DNA of 63,391 nucleotides, filler included, from Octopus bimaculoides (taxonomy: Eukaryota), in NCBI RefSeq assembly GCF_001194135.2. It is 6 parts of 4 records of this genome, joined end to end, with 100 filler letters (N's around TTAATTAATTAA, not from the genome) between each part and the next. Parts side by side here need not be neighbours in the genome. Positions count along the whole stretch, not along the records: positions 43,716 to 53,411 come from NC_068982.1; positions 53,512 to 58,500 come from NC_068990.1; positions 58,601 to 61,852 come from NC_068983.1; positions 61,953 to 63,391 come from NC_068985.1; 2 more parts are not named here. One strand, written 5' to 3'. Below the pieces are notes generated by a model, which did not search any database, had not been told where the DNA came from, and was given only the letters and a program-made list of their open reading frames with translations. A program made the position numbers and the translations under genes. Shown one piece after another: positions 51,601 to 63,242 of this stretch; the first letter of the stretch is position 1; every line of letters begins with the position of its first letter.

Positions 51601-52909
51601 ACATTCCACAAAGTTCATGTATGATTTCATTAAGTTACCCTTAGGCATTTTTGGCAAAGTAATTTAAAAATAAATCAGCTATTGATGCTCAAGCCTAGAA
51701 CTGAGTACGATATATCATTATGGTATAAATAAATGCCTTGTACACTTTTCTGATATTTCTAATACATCCGAGGCAACTAAAAATATTGCTTTCATTCTTT
51801 TCCGTTAAATGTTTATGAAATACATCTATAAATTTAAGCAGAATTTTGTTCATACAACATTTGAATTTATTCTCAGAAATAGTTAACGGACAAGATACTT
51901 ATTTCATAGATTTTCTTCTATTTCTTCCATGAAAGTATGAATGTAGTAATATCTGAAAATATAATGATTTATTTGGACATATTTTTGGGCGATGGTAATG
52001 CACAATTTCTGTAACAGATCTTTTGTATGTAAAAGATTCCAGGAATTTAAATTTTGCTATCTAGCTCACAACAACCGCTATTTTCGGTCTGTTATTTCCG
52101 TTTACAGTTTATGTTCTTCCTTATGAAATGTTATTGGTGGATTAATTCTGTTGGCTAGAGACTAAAGAAGATTAACTATGCAAGTGGAAAACAACAGGTC
52201 CGTGTAATGATTGAATCTTTTCACAATGTTTGTGTAAAAGGTACTGTCTATTCAGCTATTCCTGGAAATTGTCATTTGATAATCTTGGATTTGTGTATAC
52301 ATTTTTATATTTATGAAAGAAATATTCATAGTGTTTTTAATCATAGTAAAAATCACAATTATCCATTGCCAAACACTATTGAAGTTTACATGCTTACCTT
52401 GATACATTGTCAGACGGAATAAAATGGATACTTAAACGCTTATGCACATATACTATAGAAGCATACAAAGGTAAATAGAAACAAAAATATAGAACATATA
52501 GACACCTTTATATATACATATATAATTATTCATCATCAAGTAGTAATGGCAGTTGTATTAGTAGTAGATATGTTGGGTAGAACTAGTGTTCTGGAAATTA
52601 AAATAGTTGAATAATGAAAGAAACTGCGGGAATGTAGCAGTTATTGGTTCAACTTAGACTTCTAACTGATTGGCAGGCTTGCTGGGTGGATTAGGTCAAT
52701 GATTGTTAACGGACAGAGAAACTGGTTAGCTGCAATTTTCGCTGTAGTTGTCTCGAGTACTGAGTGGTGCGAGTTTTATAAGATGTGAAAACTGCATATA
52801 TGTATACGGATAGGAGAGAATGAGCAATACTATTCTATATTTTTGAGATGAGGAATTATGCCCATTATTTACAATGGACGGATAGATGTCCTCACTTTGT
52901 TTGTTGCCG

Positions 52910-53381
52910 TCACAAGGACTTGTTCTTTCTCATTATTTACAATGGAGGGATAGGTGTCCTCACCTTGTTTGTTGTTATCACAACGTTTCGGCTGATGTAC
53001 TTTCCAGCCTTCATCAGGTGTTCTGGTGGAATTTCGAACCCAACCCTTTATTTGACTAATGGGGTACACGGTTCTCATTCCTGAAGTATGTTGCTATATG
53101 GCGTAGTGCATAAGAGCGCGGGCTACTAACCCTAGGATTCTAAGTTCAATCCCAGGCAGGGACTTGAAAAATAATATCAACAGAAAAATAACATCAGCAA
53201 CATACCTTAGGAATAAGAACAGTGTACCCTATTAGTCAAATAAATGGTTGGGTTCGAAATTCCACCAGAACACCTGATGAAGGCTGGAGAGTACATCAGC
53301 CGAAACGTTGTGATAACAACAAACAAGGTGAGGACACCTATCCCTCCATTGTAAATAATGAGAATGAGCAAGTCCTTGTGA
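52910..53381. mobile_element. Fold-back element: 186-bp inverted arms with hammerhead motifs flanking a tRNA-like head
   Basis: 52910-53095 vs 53196-53381, 9 mismatches in 186. The spacer holds an A box TGGCGTAGTGC (53099) and a B box AGTTCAATCCC (53143). Confidence 0.85.
53271..53312 (+). ncRNA. Minimal hammerhead motif (mirror copy at about 52979-53020, -)
   Basis: cac-CUGAUGA-a-ggcug(gagaguacau)cagcc-GAAA-CG-UU/gug. Stem III has no loop, so it can only fold as a dimer. Confidence 0.5.
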
Positions 53382-53511
53382 TAAATAACTACTGATGTAG
53401 TTTTCTGTGTGNNNNNNNNNNNNNNNNNNNNNNNNNNNNNNNNNNNNNNNNNNNNTTAATTAATTAANNNNNNNNNNNNNNNNNNNNNNNNNNNNNNNNN
53501 NNNNNNNNNNN

Positions 53512-53554
<43 letters not shown>

Positions 53555-53769
53555 CCTTTAAGTTCAGTTATGGAAAACATTTTGAACATGCATATAAAAG
53601 TTCTTACTCTACTATGCTGCCTACAGCCTAATGATGCCAACTGGCAATGATCTACCTGATGTCCATGGACACTAGGGACTGTACTGTAACCATCCCAGGA
53701 ATACAGGCTATTATCTTAAGAAACATGTGACTTGTGGAAATACGCGTATAAATTCCATCCAAGGATTAT

Positions 53770-54029
53770 TATTATTACATTTGTGTGTGTGTGTTCATGT
53801 GCCTTTATGTCTGTGTTTTCACCCCACCTTTGCTTGACAACTGGTGTTGGTGTGTTTATATCCCTGTAACTTGTTGGTTCAGCAAAAGAGACTGATAGAG
53901 TAAGTACCACACTAAAAGAAAAGATAAAATAAGTACTGGCATCAATTCATTCGATTGAAGATTCTTCAAAGCTGTGCCCCTGTATGGTCACAGGCTAATG
54001 ACTGAAACAAGAAAAAAGATAAGGATAAA
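53770..54029 (+). mobile_element. SINE family C (3' half)
   Basis: GCTTGACAACTGGTGTTGG...AAGTACTGG...ATGACTGAAACAAG. Confidence 0.7.
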
Positions 54030-54364
54030 GACCCCTTTCGATCATGAATGACGATGGGATTGCACCTAGACAGTTACCCTCCGAGGCACAAGTCTGGGCA
54101 AGGTTGTTTATGCAAGGCCATCAGTCACCCATGTATACCAACCTCCCCTCTCCATGCCACCGATGTAATCCAAGGGAAAGGCAAAGGCTGATACAGCTTG
54201 GAACCAGTCACGTTGCAACTTAATTCTACAGCTGAGTGAACTGGAGCAACAGAAAATAAAGTGTCTTGCTCGAGAACACAACATACAGCTTGGAGTGGGA
54301 ATGGAAATAACTATTTCATGATTGTGAGCTCATTGCTCTAACCACTAAACCATGTGCCTTCACA
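54030..54364 (-). mobile_element. SINE family B, long form
   Basis: Reverse homolog of 46957-47305. Confidence 0.8.
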
Positions 54365-54796
54365 AGATACAAGATAAAAGATAAAAGATAAAGAAAAGCA
54401 TTTAATAAGTTCTAAAAAAATGCACTTAATGAGAAGTTTCCCATTGACACGAAATAGCAGTCTTTGTCATCAAAAAAATATATCGTATATGCTCAAGAAC
54501 AGAATATGGTAACATCAGTAACTCTGGACTCTGATGGTATGAAACCATGATAGATTCTCTATTTACTTTGTGATTGATTGGCAAACCACAGCTTTCCTGA
54601 ATTATATTGCAACCCAGGTAGCAGGCAAGTTCTACATCATCTGATCAGTTCAATCAATGAAAGCACTGAAAAAGTGGCATTGTTATCAGTACCAAATAAA
54701 AAAAAAAAAAAAAGAAAATTTTAAATGGCAATCTTTTAACTATGACTGAAAAAACAAATAAAAAAAGGAAAGAAATGGAACATAAAAATTTTAGAC

Positions 54797-54955
54797 ACAG
54801 ATGTGACTGTGTGGTAAAAGGTTTGTTTCCCAGCCGTATCGTTCCAAGTTCAGTATCCTTGTATGGCACCTTGGGCAAGTGTCTTCTACTATAGATGCAG
54901 GCTATCTAAAGCCTTCTGAGTGGATTTGGTAGATGGAAACTGAAAGAAATTTATT
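54797..54955 (+). mobile_element. SINE family C (5' half)
   Basis: ACTGTGTGGTAAAAGG...GTTCAGTATCC...GGCACCTTGGGCAAGTGTCTTCTACTATAG. Confidence 0.75.
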
Positions 54956-55497
54956 TGTGAAGGAATATATATATATATAACTAATTTAGAGACGAACCAC
55001 CACTCTACAACTCAGTCAACTCAGAACCCGTCCAAATCCATGCTGTGAGGCATATACCATCTTAATAAATCAAATATTTTAATCTAAAAATTTAAATTAA
55101 ATAACATATTACATAAATAAATCATATAAATAAATCATAGAAATATTAATTTAAAAAATTTAAAAGTCAAATTTATAAATTGGACAGTAAAAATTAATAA
55201 GATAATATACAGTATGGAAGTATAAATGTAAAACGTTAGTGCTAGTACATAGACTACGCGTGTTTCATGGCTGAAATAGGACTATATAAAATCATAAGCA
55301 AATTCTATCTGAGTTCATTAGAACGGGGAAATGATTTTACTCCTAAAATCAGTCACTGTTCAGGTCAAATCCCTAAGAAAATACCTAAAATCATCCAAGG
55401 AATAAACATAAACATGAGAAATAAAAATATATATAAAGAGACAAAATCTGTAAACTAATCACTACATTAACGGTATTAATATAATTATTAAGAGTTA

Positions 55498-55728
55498 GGC
55501 GGCGAACTGGCAGAATCGTTAGCACGCCGGGTGAAATGCTTAGCGGTATCTCGTCTGCCACTGCGTTCTGAGTTCAAATTCCGCCGAGGCCGGCTTTACC
55601 TTTCATCCTTTCGGGGTCGATAAATTAAGTACCAGTTACGCACTGGGGTCGATATAATCGACTTAATCCGTTTGTCTGTCTTTGTTTGTCCCCTCTGTGT
55701 GTAGCCCCTTGTGGGCAGTAAAGAAATA
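55498..55728 (+). mobile_element. SINE family A, full length, with perfect 26-bp TSD
   Basis: GGTATTAATATAATTATTAAGAGTTA at both 55472-55497 and 55729-55754. Confidence 0.95.
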
Positions 55729-55944
55729 GGTATTAATATAATTATTAAGAGTTACAATCTAAAAATATTATAGTAAACAAGGTTAAAACAATATGGAATA
55801 AGTAGATAATAGTAACAAAAATGTGTTAGTGTACAAATTACTAAAAGACGGATGTCAATATTGTTTATAAAATTAAAATAAGAAAACATGACTTATTTGC
55901 CGGCTGGTAAATGTAGATTAAAACAAAAATGGCTGTGCTATAGA

Positions 55945-56400
55945 ATTTATACTAAATGGTAACGTGATAAATATGGCGTCTATTACCCAGAAGTACATGC
56001 ATATTATAATTACTAAAATAATAAGGAAAATATCGAAAAAGAAAATCTACCTAAAATAAAACGTTTCTTGAGGATTAAAAATACTAAAATACTTAAACTT
56101 GCAAGTTAACGCAGAGTAATAACTATACCCATACGAAAATTCTATATTACGTAAATAATGCTATGAAAATTAATACTGAAAAGTCACGTGATAAACATGG
56201 CGTCCATTACCAGAGGTAAGTACGTGTTATAATTACTAAAATAATAACGAAAATATCGAAAAAGAAAATCTACCTAAAATAAAAAGTTTAATGAAGATTA
56301 ATAATACTAAAATGCTTAAAACTCTCAGATTTACGCAGAATAATAACTATACCAAATACGAAAATTATATATTACTTAAATAATGTTATGAAACATTGTA
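55945..56400. repeat. Two tandem ~230-bp direct repeats (pLTR-like)
   Basis: CGTGATAAA(T/C)ATGGCGTC...GAAAATATCGAAAAAGAAAATCTACCTAAAATAAAA...TATGAAA occurs twice. Confidence 0.8.
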
Positions 56401-56571
56401 GAAGACTGCTCATATTATCGTTGAATAATTAAAGTAAAGGTAGTTATATGTTCCAATTTAGTATAATATTGTGATGATAAAAGTGTATTCTAAAGCTAAT
56501 TTAATGTATTTTTCGATACTGATCATAACTATAAGTTGGTACCGAATACTAGGTTTAAATAAATAAATTAG

Positions 56572-56864
56572 TTATCTAAACTTATTATATAAGTAATTTA
56601 ATTTTTGTCTGCATTTAATATTATGTTTATCGTGGGAGTTAATCAATTTTTTATTAGTTAATAATATCTCTTTAAATTCATTAGTACATAATAAGCAGAA
56701 TTTATTCCCTATCCTATATGATTTAGCCTTGCAAACTATTTCCCATTTTAACTCGTATTCTATTCTTTGTAAATACATTTGGGAACTTAAATCAAAAAGA
56801 ATAGAATACGAGTTAAAATGGGAAATATTTTGCAAGGCTAAATCATATAGGATAGGGAACAAAT
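56572..56864 (-). mobile_element. PLE GIY-YIG C-terminus with a 69-bp fold-back
   Basis: IEYELKWEIVCKAKSYRIGNKFCLLCTNEFKEILL...KCRQK. Arms 56700-56768 and 56796-56864 match at 67/69. Confidence 0.8.
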
Positions 56865-57644
56865 AAGAGACTAAAAGTTAAGTACTGGGGTCACTTTGTT
56901 TGATTAATCACTTCAAAGTGGTGCTCCAGCATGGCCATGGTCCAATGACTGAATCAAGTAAAAAATAAAAGACGTTCCCTTGAATGATATGTACAAGGAA
57001 ATCAACTGTAGAATTGGAAATGCACAACAACTTTCGGTTAGAAAGAAAATCAATTAGAATAGCAAAACGTTATCTGCAAAAGTGTTAGAAAAATTCTGCA
57101 TTATTCAGCATATGTAAGAGTCTTTTGGAGACTTTTGTCCAACTTTCTAATATAAAGGTTTTCCTTCGAAGTAACCCAAGTCTTAGAATGTCATTTAAAC
57201 TTTGGCGATTTTAGTGCTTTAGTAATCTAGATAGATAAGACCAAAAAAAAAAAAAAAAATAAGACGGAGAGGGCAAACTTGAAATGAAAATTTAAAAAAT
57301 AGAAAGTAATGATGTCACAAAGAATAATGAAAGGAGATATGGCTTTGTTTCATTGTCATGAAAAAAAACCAAGAGTTCATTTTCTCCCTGGCAAACTAAA
57401 GCAATTAAATCTGCTAAAATAATCAAACTTAATTTGCTTTTCCCAAAGAAAGAATATGCTGACATTTGAATTCACTAACTCAGCTGTTTTTATCACACCT
57501 TGATACATTGATTGACACAGCAAGGACATTTAGAAAAAAAAATTACAAGTCTTGCATGTTGAAGTAACTGAAACTACAATATTGTGCAATAGCAGCCAAG
57601 TACTACAGTGGTTGAGAATTCAACAGTAGAGAAGAGATTTAATA

Positions 57645-57995
57645 CTGATTTCGAATTCTGGCTCAAGGCCAGCAATTTTGCAGAGCGAGTAAGTTGATAA
57701 CATCAACCTCAGTGCTTAACTGGTACTTATTTTATCAACCCCAAAAGGATGAAAGGTAAAGTTGGCCTCAGTGGGATTTGAACTCAGAACATGAAAACAG
57801 ACAAAATGCCGGCAGAGATTTAATATTGATTTCAAATTTCAGCACAAGGCCAGCAATTTTTGGGGAGGGAGTACATTGATGAAAAACAAAGTCGACCTTA
57901 GTGGAACTTGAACTTAGAATGTGAAGACAGATGAAATGCTACTAAGCAATTTTGCCTGGCATGCTAACAATTGTGCCAGCTCCTCTCCTTAACAG
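57645..57995 (-). mobile_element. Two tandem short-form family A SINEs
   Basis: Two consecutive ...TTTGAACTCAGAA / CTTGAACTTAGAA heads sharing the GGCACAAGGCCAGCAATTTT-type tail. Confidence 0.7.
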
Positions 57996-58189
57996 AGATT
58001 TAATATTGTCAGTGAAAACATTTAAGAAAAAATTATGAAAATTAACAATGCTTTATATAAGTTTATTTTCTAATGTTTAGCAGAAAAAATAAAAACAAAA
58101 ACATCTTTTAATGGTTTTTTTAGGTTATGCAGTTTGTTTTGTTGAATTTTGTAGAATCAGTAATAATAATAAAGTTTTCTTCATTCATC

Positions 58190-58500
58190 ATCATCATCAT
58201 CATCATCGTTTAACGTCTGCTTTCCATGCTAGCATGGGTTGGACGATTTGACTGAGGACTGGTGAAACCGGATGGCAACACCAGGCTCCAGTCTAATTTG
58301 GCAGAGTTTCTACAGCTGGATGCCCGTCCTAACGCCAACCACTCAGAGAGTGTAGTGGGTGCTTTTACGTGTCACCCGCACGAAAACGGCCACGCTCGAA
58401 ATGGTGTCTTTTATGTGCCACCCGCACAAGCCAGTCCAGGGGCACTGGCAATGATCTCGCTCGAAAATCCTACAGGAGCCAGTCAGGCGGTACTGGCAAC
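58190..58500 (-). mobile_element. SINE family D
   Basis: (CAT)n tail followed by the reverse complement of 22803-23131. Confidence 0.8.
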
Positions 58501-59206
58501 NNNNNNNNNNNNNNNNNNNNNNNNNNNNNNNNNNNNNNNNNNNNTTAATTAATTAANNNNNNNNNNNNNNNNNNNNNNNNNNNNNNNNNNNNNNNNNNNN
58601 ATATATATGAAGAGGGAAGGGGAAAGAAAGGGAGACCTGTAAATAGACATAGGTAGATAAATATATTCATACTTATACATCTACGTTGCACTGATTGTTG
58701 TTACAAGAAACATAGGCGCTGGCCTACACAAGCATGCATATAGATACATGCATATATATATATATACATACACATATATACTTAATTACTAGTTAGTTCT
58801 GTGTTGATTCTCTGACGTGCAAAATTATTTTCATTTGATTCAGAAAAGAGATTTTCAGAAGATATGTCGTTTACTGGAATTGTTCTGCAAAGATTTTCAT
58901 TAGTTATTATCTTCAAATTTCCATAACTACCAGTTTCCAAAAAGTAGATTTATAAATATTAGATTAAAAATAAAATTTTAATGAAATTGAATATGACTTA
59001 GAAAAATAGAATACACATGGCATTAAAAAAAATAAGCCGGCGAAGAGCATAAAATGCATTAAGAACAGTAAAACCAAACACATAACTCCTGTTTAAATAA
59101 ATTGAGAAGCGTTTGATAGAATGATTTTCAAAGTAAACCTGACATTTATCTGCATCAACGAATTTACAGACATGCACCCACATAGAGATGGATATATATA
59201 TTTATA

Positions 59207-59250
<44 letters not shown>

Positions 59251-59451
59251 TGTGCAATGTGTATGAATATACAAACACTTATGTATGTATGTGTATGTAT
59301 GCGTTTGTGTGTGCATGTGCGTGCGTGTTTGCTTGTGTATGTATGTATGTATGCATATATAATAACATGCAGAATTATTATTACAAGCTAACATACATTT
59401 GAAAAAATGTGCGGTGATATTCCGAAATTACTACTAATGTATTATTATTGG

Positions 59452-59663
59452 GCCGGTGAACTGGGAGAATCGTTAATATGCCGCGCAAAATGCTTAGCGT
59501 CACTCCGTCCCTCCTTACATTCTGTGTTCACATTCCGCCAGGGTCGACCTAGCCTTTCATCCATTTAAGATCGATAAAATAAATACTGACTGAGCACTGG
59601 GGCCAATGTAATTGACTTGCCCCTTCCCCTTAAAAATCAGGGCGTGTACCTATAATAGAATGG

Positions 59664-59714
<51 letters not shown>
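59452..59714 (+). mobile_element. Short-form family A SINE with (ATT)17 tail
   Basis: Diverged head and body; (ATT)n at 59664-59714. Confidence 0.7.
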
Positions 59715-61330
59715 GAGTGAGAGAGCAGCGCATGCCATCAAAGTAACACTGGGGTAAAATATACGAAGCCCAGAATACATATAACTATCCGTCTTATAAG
59801 GGTACATCAGACACATGCATCACAACCTTGTGTGTGCGACAAGCTGATCTGATATGAAGATAACCAGCGCATGTCCTTGCAGGTGGGGCCCAGTTAGAAT
59901 TTTCTTCATGTCGAGTAACCCCTCCCGCTCAAAAGATCTCTGGATAAGGATTGTTTAAGGATGTTGAACGAAACACCTATGTTTCCAAAGATGAATTATC
60001 CAAACTCCAAATAATTCCTTTCAACACATGGCTCTGCTGCTCCTCCACTACTTCTGCGCGTGATAAGAGTTGCATATATCGCCAGCCAATAAGGGACATG
60101 CTCTTCTTGTTATGGTGAAATAACTGACAAGAAAATCTTTGGTATTGAGCAGAATATTTTCTGTAGTCCGTCTTTTATATCAAGGCAAAACTATATTGTT
60201 TCCCTCACCTGATTTGTGAAATCATTTAATTTATCTAGTTTCATCCTCTCGTTGATTTTCAATTTGTGGTCATCAGGAACAGCGATAACTCTCATGACCC
60301 ATTCATGTGCGTCTTTGTGCAAAAGTGTGATATCAGAATGATTATGCTCTACACGCCGTATTCCACATAAGCTTCACTCTCATTCTCTCCCAAGGCCTGT
60401 AGAAAGTGGTCATAACACTTACCTTTGCACGGAAGATTTTTTGTGATACTTGTGAGCAGCCACTAATAACCTGAAGTAACCCTTACAATCACCTACCCAC
60501 ACTTTTTACACAATGGTGACTGTGATGTATGGTAGATAGAGTACTAGACAGCAATTGTCCTCAAGTCTTGTTCTCGGAGATCAAAAATCATCCCTTCAGT
60601 ATCTTTTATTTTTCCAGTTACCTATTCCGCAACTATCTTCATGAATCGGCTTCAGCCAGCGCCTGTTTCTTGTAATAACAATCAGTGCAATGGCATCTCA
60701 TTCGATAATGCCAATTTCTCCTCCCACACCCTTAAATATATATATATATATATANNNNNNNNNNNNNNNNNNNNNNNNNNNNNNNNNNNNNNNNNNNNNN
60801 NNNNNNNNNNNNNNNNNNNNNNNNNNNNNNNNNNNNNNNNNNNNNNNNNNNNNNNNNNNNNNNNNNNNNNNNNNNNNNNNNNNNNNNNNNNNNNNNNNNN
60901 NNNNNNNNNNNNNNNNNNNNNNNNNNNNNNNNNNNNNNNNNNNTATATATATATATATATTGTCTCTGCTAATAGCTTCTCGTTCAGCCCTGCATCAAGC
61001 ATCCACTCGTAACTTGGCTGAAAATATTTATGCAATAAAATGCACTCAGATCTCAAAATACCTGCACACCAGTTAACCCTCTTCTACCTTCATTGCCGGA
61101 GGGAATAATGTGGTTACATCACCACGTGCATACAAGCACCTGTTCATGGTCATTATCCTACCTTTTCTGCGATCAAAGCGGGTCATATCCGTTTTCATTC
61201 TTTCCCCAATGTCTGCACTATACCTTACAATCCCCGCTACACAGTTATTGAAGGTTTCAATCAAGCTACCTCCATGCAGATGAGATCTGCCAAGATTCTT
61301 CATGCATTGAATGTACAACCTTGTAATAAC
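59715..61330 (-). mobile_element. R4/Dong-clade LINE (family 2), degraded, split by a gap
   Basis: 61073-61318 reads SLIETFNNCVAGIVRYS...TRFDRRKGRIMTMNRCLYARGDV; 60150-60730 has KDTEGMIF, CKKCG, IISGC and PDITL remnants; ~430-bp 3' UTR ending at (TAA)n. Confidence 0.75.
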
Positions 61331-61699
61331 ATCCGATGGTGTGTGGGTGGTTCAGTATGCTACAGCTGTTGAGGCGGATGATCTTTCCTGAGCGCAGCTG
61401 AAAGGGTTTCGGCAGGGTTAGATGGTGGATGGCCTATAGCAACAGCTGGAGGTTTGGTTACGCCAACACTCGGACAACTGGCAACACAAACAATCAGACG
61501 TGTATTGGCTAATGCTAAGAGCTGAGATGAACCATTTCCTTTTTTCACGAGGAAGAATGTAAGAATGTTAATGCTGCTGTTCGGATATCAGATGTTGCAG
61601 GGAAATTTTCTTTCCTCCTTATTAACACGTTGGAGCCCAATTTTTGCATCTCTCTTGATCTATCTCTCCATTGTATCTCCCCATCTCTTGCTTTCTATC

Positions 61700-61715
61700 A
61701 ATCTATCTATCTATA

Positions 61716-61795
<80 letters not shown>

Positions 61796-61796
61796 C

Positions 61797-61850
<54 letters not shown>

Positions 61851-61851
61851 G
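61700..61851. repeat. (TATC)n microsatellite
   Basis: Direct inspection. Confidence 0.95.
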
Positions 61852-61952
61852 GNNNNNNNNNNNNNNNNNNNNNNNNNNNNNNNNNNNNNNNNNNNNTTAA
61901 TTAATTAANNNNNNNNNNNNNNNNNNNNNNNNNNNNNNNNNNNNNNNNNNNN

Positions 61953-62310
61953 ACTTTCTCCCTTCCCCATTTTCACACTACATACGTCAAGATTACCAGC
62001 ATTCTACCTCCCACACACAGCCCCTCGTTCCCGATCACCGTTTGTTATCTCCCCCTTTCTTAGCTCTCCTGAAAAAAGAATTTCTAACTTCCGGTCAGCC
62101 ATTGTTATGATCGGCCATTATTATGATTGACCGTTGACTGAACACTATTCAATTTTTTTTCTCCGTGTTTTTCTCCTTGTCTCCGTATTCTTTCTGTTGA
62201 AGAGCGTAGCTCGAAACGTCAAAGACTTTCCGTATTCCCGAGCGTCATACTAATATATACTTTTGTTATTTACACCACCTGTCCTCGTTTGTTGTTATTA
62301 TTTGTATATT
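61953..62310 (+). mobile_element. PLE-type terminal repeat, family F
   Basis: Homologous to 36430-36800. Confidence 0.75.
62189..62225 (+). ncRNA. Minimal hammerhead-like motif, CUGUUGA variant
   Basis: ucuuu-CUGUUGA-a-gagc(gua)gcuc-GAAA-CG-UC/aaaga. Perfect 5-bp stem I and canonical GUC site. Confidence 0.5.
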
Positions 62311-62544
62311 CTCCCATATATATATATATATACATAATACGCATTGTACACGCACATATCTAAACATAGCTAAACAGCTCGTTTGTCACAGGGGATATTT
62401 TGAATTACAAAAGTGTGGTAAAGTAAATTACCCAAAATAATAGCAATAGAAATTATTACAACGCTATAAATGCTTTGAAAATAATTAAAAATAAACTGAT
62501 TATAGTTTACTTTTTTGAAATTGAAAACGATAATCTTTTCTGCT

Positions 62545-62752
62545 CTAGGGAGAAGGTTCGAAATCTTTGGGGAGGGGGCTCAGTCGATTGGATCGACCTC
62601 AGTACACAACTGGTGCTTAATTTATCGACCCTGAAAGGATAAAAGGCAAAGTCGACCTCAGTGGAATTTGAACTCAGAACGTAAAGACAGACGAAATACC
62701 GCTAAGCATTTCGCCCGGCGTGCTAACGATTCTACTAGCTCACCGCCTTGAA
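62545..62752 (-). mobile_element. SINE family A (short form)
   Basis: Reverse complement of the family A head and body. Confidence 0.85.
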
Positions 62753-63142
62753 GTTGAACGCGATAATAAACATTTTTTCCTGTCTGCGAAGCACCATAAA
62801 ACGTACTGAATGATCGTTGTAAGAACATGTCTAGCAATCAAATCACTGACACAGTGAAAGAAAACAATGCCTATAAAGGCTACATAAGCCTTTATAGGCA
62901 TTGTTTTCATTTGACTTGCTATAAAACTACAGATTAAACAAGTCAAACATCGTAAGCACGGCTTTCAAAGCAAATCCCGTTCAAAACAAAGATACCGATA
63001 GAATAAGTACTAGACTTACAAAGAATAAGCCTAGGGGTGATTCGTTCAACTAAAGGCGGTGCTCCAGCATGATCACAATCAAATGACAAACAAGTAAAAG
63101 AATCTACCTACCTACCTACCTATCTCTCTCTCTGTCTCTGTC

Positions 63143-63175
<33 letters not shown>

Positions 63176-63179
63176 TTCT

Positions 63180-63242
<63 letters not shown>

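Noticed and set aside
53096-53165. Genuine tRNA gene (also considered for the SINE heads at 1552, 46957 and 55498)
   Set aside because: A and B boxes are present, but acceptor and anticodon stems are incomplete and the heads continue into repeat bodies.
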